From the human T2T-CHM13v2.0 reference genome, Homo sapiens: DNA of 64,000 bases. Each line of letters starts with the position of its first letter. The first letter of the stretch is position 1. The notes below the pieces were generated by a model. That model ran no database searches. It saw only the letters and a program-made list of their open reading frames with translations, and was not told where the DNA came from. The stretch lies in NCBI RefSeq assembly GCF_009914755.1, contig NC_060932.1. One strand, given 5' to 3'. A program made the position numbers and the translations under genes. This document shows positions 57,306 to 64,000 of the stretch, in pieces.

Positions 57306-60129
57306 CTCTATAACTAAATTTTCTTAGTCAAAATTTTTTCGCAAATTAGGAAGGGGGAAGGAGTGGAAAATGCTTATGAAATGGTTATGGTTCAGGAGGT
57401 TTTTAATCCTGAACTATTATTTATATAACATAATATTAATAATGCTGGATAAACAAGAGGTCTGCCTTAGGTGAGTGAAAGTCAATAAGGCTGTGAGGAT
57501 TCTGTGTTTCAGAAATCCATAGAGATTTCAGTTTGAGCCAATAAGGAGATAGTAATAGAAGTGAGACAAGAATGCTGGCCTACATATTATTTGACATCAT
57601 TGATACTGTATGGCTGGACTTTTGGACTCCTCCATTTCCTCAGGTTTCATCTTTTCATCTTTTCTAATGGCTGACTCTTCTACCAGTGAAAACTTAGATT
57701 GAAGTTTAATGTCTTTAATTTGAAGTGAACATTTCAGTTTCTCATAGGCTGATCTCATTTTATTCTCATGACAGCCCAATCAAGTAGATAGAGATTAATA
57801 TATTATTGTCCTTGTTATTGAAAAGAAGATCCAGAGTTTAAATCATTTATTTAAAAGTACTTTATTTGCAAGATAGTTGAGCTCCAAATTCATATAGCTC
57901 CTTATGTCCAATCAAATTCTTCAACTATGTCATGCTTCTCACTTATGGTGCTAGTTCTTTCTACTTTGTTAACCAAAAACAGGAGTCTAGCTATCTGGAA
58001 AGAAAGGTGATTCACTGCTATGTATATTTAAAATGTTTAAGAAAATGACTTCTTGTTCACTGTCTTACTTGGGGTAAAGAGTAAACATGGAGTTTGAATT
58101 TCATTGAGCTGTTCGTACACTCAAATGATTTCATCTCGAGTATCAATTTATAAAGTCATAATATTACTGCAATGTGCTGTACTATAATAAAGACATTTAT
58201 TTTCCTTAATCATGGGACTTAAAATCATAATTAACCCTGCCGAACTGGGAAATTTTATGTCTGTGAAAAGCTGTTTTGCCTTTATTTTAGTTTTTCTCCA
58301 ACATTCTATTATGAGCATTTTTATTCTTCAGCAAACTTGAAAGAATTTCTTAGTGAACATCAGTATATCCACCAACCAGATTCTACCCTTAACATTTTAC
58401 TACATTTATTTTGTCATGTAGCTATCTATTCGTGTATCAAACTATCTTATGACACATTTCAAAGTAAATTACACACATCAATACATTTCTTCCTAAATGC
58501 TAAGCATGCATATCATTAATTAGAGTTAAATATTTTTTAGGTGTTTTCTTTAATGTGAAATACAGGTCTGCATATTTCCTGAATTGAGAATACATATATC
58601 TGTTATCCAAATTTCTGTGAAGGTTAACATTATCATGTTCCCTTATGGCCTCTCTGACAAGCAGTCCTCCACTGCCTCCAGAGGCAATCACTTTTCTTAT
58701 TTTTTGTCTACCATATATTATTTAATATTTGTTTTAGAACCTAATATAAATAGAATCATTCAGTGTATACTCTTTTGTGTAGGGCTTCTTTCACTGAGCA
58801 TAACCTTGTAAAAATTAATCCATGCTATTATGTATATCAGTAGTTCTTATTTCTATGTAGTATGCCATTCTATGAATATATTACACTTTATTTTTCCATT
58901 GTCTTGTTGAAGGTTTTAACCTAGCTTATAACCTGGGTTATTAGAGGTTTATGAGTAGAGCTGCAATGAATATTACTGTATAATCTTTTTGTAAACATGT
59001 ATCTTTGTTTCTCTTCACTAAACAGCTATAAGTGCAGTTTCTGGGTTATAGGGTAGATGTATGTTGAGTTTTATAAGAAATTGATACCTTTTTTCAAAGT
59101 GGTTATTCTATTTTATTCCCACTAACAATGTATGGCTGTTCCAGTTTTTCTGCCACCTCACCAATATTTGGTGAGGTTAGCATTGCTTTTATTTTAGTCA
59201 TTCTAGTGGGAGTATCCTGATGTTTGTTGTGATTTTAATCTGCATTTCACTAATGATTGGTTATGTTGGACAGTTTTTCATGTGTTTATTGAATATTTAT
59301 TTATCTTCTATGAATGCCTGTTCAAAATTTTTGCCCATTTTTAAATTGGGTTGTTTATCCAGGTTGTAGGAATTTGTTGTATATGCTAGACACCAGTATT
59401 TTGTCAAATATATCTAGTGTGAATATTTTCTCCCTGTTTGTGGATCTCATATTCATTTCCTTACTGGTCTTTTGATAAGCAATAGTGTTTAATTTTGATA
59501 AAGTCCAATTTATCATTTTTTTCCCTTTCATGGTCATTGTTTTCTGCAACTTTAAAAACTTTTGTGCATACCAAAATAACATTCTCCTGTGTTAGCCTCT
59601 AAAAGTTTTAATGGTTTTACCTTTTGCATTTAGATCTGTATACATATATGGTTCACTCTTTTCCATATGGATTTTCAGTTATCTCAGTACCATTTGTAGA
59701 AAAGGCTCTTCTTTTCACTAAATTTCTTTAATGAATTTCTTGAAAAAAAAAATCAAATCAACTTACAAACTGTAAAATCTAGCTCTGGGTTCTTTTTTTC
59801 TTTGTCAGTTTGGGTAAGCTGTATTTTTCAGTTAATTTGTCCATTTCATCTCATTATCAGCATAAAATTGTTAATATTCCCTTATTATACTTTTAATTTC
59901 TATAGGATCTATAATGAAAATCTCTTTCATTACTGATATTGGCAATCTGTGTTTTCTCTATTTTTATTTGTTTGCCTTGATCAGTTTAGCAAGGGGTTTT
60001 GATGATCTTTTCAGAGAATAGACTTTTGGCTTTGTTAATTTGATTAATATTTGTTTTCTGTGTTCTTGATTTCTGGTTTTTATTTTTCCCCTCTACCGTG
60101 AATTTACTTTGCTGTTTGTTTTCTAGCAC

Positions 60130-60431
<302 letters not shown>

Positions 60432-62039
60432 TAACGTCTTAATATAAGTACTTAGGTCATCGATTTTAGACATATCTCCTAATGTAACCTTTTAAAGCCG
60501 TAAACATTCCTCTGAGCACTGCTTTAGCTACATTCCACAAATTTTGGTATGTTTTGCTTTTGCTATTGTACAGTTAGAAATACTTTTCTAATTTCCTTTG
60601 TGATTTCTTCCTTGATCCAAGAAATATTTAGAAATGTCTTTTATTAATTTTTAAACCATTTGTCATTCTGTAGATATGTTATTGGTCCTTGATTTCTGAT
60701 TTACTTCCATTTTGTTCAGAGAACATATTCTGAATAATTTCTGTCTTTTTAAATTTATTGAGTTTTTTTTTATAGCCTGGCATATGGTTTTTCTAGGTGG
60801 ATATTCATTGTGCTCTTAAAAAGAATGTGTATTCTACAATTAAGTCAGGATGATTCATAGTATTTTCAGGTGAACCATGTCTTTACTCATTTTTTTGTGT
60901 CTGTTCTATCAGTTGCTGATGCTTGGTTTTTTGTTTGTAGAGGTGGGGGGGTTGATCTAGTTCTATCAATTGTGGCATGAAGAAGTGTTGAAATCTCTGT
61001 GGTTGTGGATTTGTGTTTCTCACTTTAGTTCTTTATTTGCTTCTTATGTTTGAAGCTCTGTTATTAAGCACATACACATTTATGACTGCTTGGTCTTTCG
61101 GATGAAGTTACTCTTTTATCATCATGAAATGTTCCTCTTTATCTAACAGCCTTATTGAGATACATTATTCACTTACCATGTGGTTCACCCATTTGAAGTG
61201 TGCAATTCAGTGGTACCTATTAGCAGTCATTACTCATTTCCTTCTACCTCCACCCTCAACCCTAAGCAACCACAAATCTATTTTCTTTCTCTATGGATTT
61301 GCCTATTTTGAACATTTCATATAAATGAAATCATAATATTTAGCCTTTTGTGACTAGCTTCTTTCACTTAGCATAATATTTTCAAGGTTCATCCATATTG
61401 TAGCATATATCAATACTTCATTTCTTTTTATTACCAAATAATTATTCCATTGTATGGATATACCACATTTTATTTATCCTTTTGTCAGTTGATAGACATC
61501 TGAGTAGCCTCTACTTTTGGTTATTATGATATTTCTATGAATATTTATGTATAAGTTTTTGTGTGGACATAGATTTTCATTTCTCTTGGCTATATCCCCA
61601 GAAGTAGAATTGCTGGGTCATATGTTTAACCTTTGGAGCAACTGCCAGACTTTCCAAAGTAACTGCGCCATTTTACATCTTCAGCAGCAGTATATGAAGG
61701 TTCAGTTTTTCCACATCCTTGCTATCTTGTTCTTATATGTCATTTTCATTGTAGCCATCCTAGTGGGTGTAAAGGCATATCTCATCCTGGCATCCATTTA
61801 CTTTTAACCTGTTTGTGTCTTTATATTTAAATGGGTCTTGTGGACAGAAGAAAAGTGAGTCTTGTTTTTAAATCCCATCTGGCCATCACTTCTTTTGAAG
61901 AGTCTGTTAAAATTTACTGTAATTATTAATGAAGTTGGATTAGGGTCTACCATTTTATTGTTATTTGTTTTCTGTTTGTCTCTTTTATATTCATTTTTCT
62001 TCCTTTCCTACTTTCTGTTGGATAATTTTTAGAATTCAG

Positions 62040-62347
<308 letters not shown>

Positions 62348-64000
62348 GAATTCAGTTTTAATTCATATGTTGGTTTTTTAGTCACAATTCTCTAGGTTTT
62401 GTTTTGGTCTGGATGCTCTAAAAAAAGACTTGAAACAGTCTACTTAGAGTTAATACTGTATCACTTCAAGTAAAATGTTTAAACATTATTTGTATTTATC
62501 TGTATATAAATCAACTTGTGATGCTCTTTATTTCTTCTTGAGGATTCAAATTTCCATCTGGTGTTATATTCCTTCAGCCAAGACTTCCAGCCTGAACTTC
62601 CTTTAGCAAATGTTGTAGCGTTACATCTGTGGATACTAGTCTGTTTCACCTTTATTCTTAATGGACTTTTTCACTGAATGTAGAATTCTCAATTGACAAT
62701 TTTTTTTTCTTTCAGTACTGTGCCTGGCCTCCATAGTTTTGATTGCAAAGTTAACATGAATTCAAAATCCTTGATTTCTTGTATGTAATATGCCATTTTT
62801 CTTTGGCTACTGTCAAGAATTTGTCTCTCTTTGTTTACAGCAGTTTGACTGCATTGTGCCTAAGGATGGTTTTCTTTGTATTTATCCTGCTTGGGGTTTC
62901 TCTATGCTTCCTTAATCTGTAATTTTATGTTTTCACCTAATTTGGGAAATTTCTTCCAATATTTCTTCTGCTCCATTCTCTCTTCTCTTTTTCAGATTCC
63001 ATGTAGACTTTTTGATATTGTCTCAAAATTCGCTGAGGCTCTGTACATTTTGTCAATGTTTGTTTTTCTGTATTCTTCATATCAAATAACTTCCATTGAA
63101 CTAGGTTCAGCTTCATGTACTCTTTCTTTATTGCCTCACTCTACTATTAATCTCAGTCAGTTTCTACTTCAGACATTGTATTTTTCAGTTATAGAATTTC
63201 TATTTTTAGTTCTATTTCTGAGCTGAGTTTTCTTGTTTTTTCATTTATGACAGGTGTATTTCTTATTATCTCATTGAACATCACTATTGGATCGCTATTT
63301 TAAAGTTCTTGTTTGCTTATTCAAACGTTTGAGTCATCTCAGGTTTGGTGTCCATTTTCTCTTGAGAATAGGTCATTTTCCTTGTTCTTCCTACGGCAAG
63401 CAATTTTGAAGTACGTCCTGGACATTGTGAATGTTTCGTTGTAGATACTCTAGATTTGGTTATAGTCCTTCAAAGAGTGTTGACATTTTTGTTTTAGTAA
63501 GCATTTAACTTGGTTTGACTCAGATTGTATGTTTTTCTCTTAGGTAGCAGTTCAAAGTTCATTTCATTTATTTTGTTCTTTGCTGGGCCACTTGCAGTCC
63601 ACTTCATACTGCCCTCTGGTTCTTCAGGCCCAGAAGTCTGGTTTTTCCTACCTGAGGTTTAGACTCTCTGCATGATGCTGATTGTGATACATTCTCAGGC
63701 TAAAAACCATAAAAAAACAGAAACACTCTCATTCTGGTCCATTTTCCAAGTGTCAGCTCCCCTCTAGGATAATCCTAGTTTTGTTCACTTTATAAGGCCT
63801 TCAAGTAGTTTTTATTTTTGTTTTGTTTGTATTTTTTCCAGAGTTTATAATTATCTGCAGGAAAGTCAACATGGTAGAAGCTTGCTTGTCCATACCAGAA
63901 GCTGAATTCCCTGTCTTTAATATCAAACATTTCTAGTTTATAAACCCTTAATCATATAAAAAGATATAATATTTCAGAAGATTTCCAATTTCAATCTTTT

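Overview
Primate (human-like) genomic DNA, about two-thirds interspersed repeats, with three main elements. (1) The CpG-island promoter and first six coding exons of LRRCC1 (+ strand, 47929-56217, 310 codons; the gene continues past the window). (2) A complete two-LTR HERV-H provirus (3472-9799, common pol/env-deleted form) inserted about 9 bp from the end of an older MER41-family LTR that still carries a GAS motif. (3) An unprocessed, multiply disabled SLC7-family amino-acid transporter gene (exon 1 at 27179-27838, exon 2 at 30488-30619), resembling SLC7A13/AGT1 and rodent Slc7a12/Asc-2. Its position upstream of and co-directional with LRRCC1 suggests it is the lost primate orthologue of Slc7a12. 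An AluY insertion duplicated its start codon, and its 3' exons were not found. The remainder is L1, Alu, L2/MIR, MaLR/ERV LTRs and DNA-transposon relics. Family assignments come from recalled consensus sequences, not from a search, and repeat boundaries are approximate unless a TSD is quoted.
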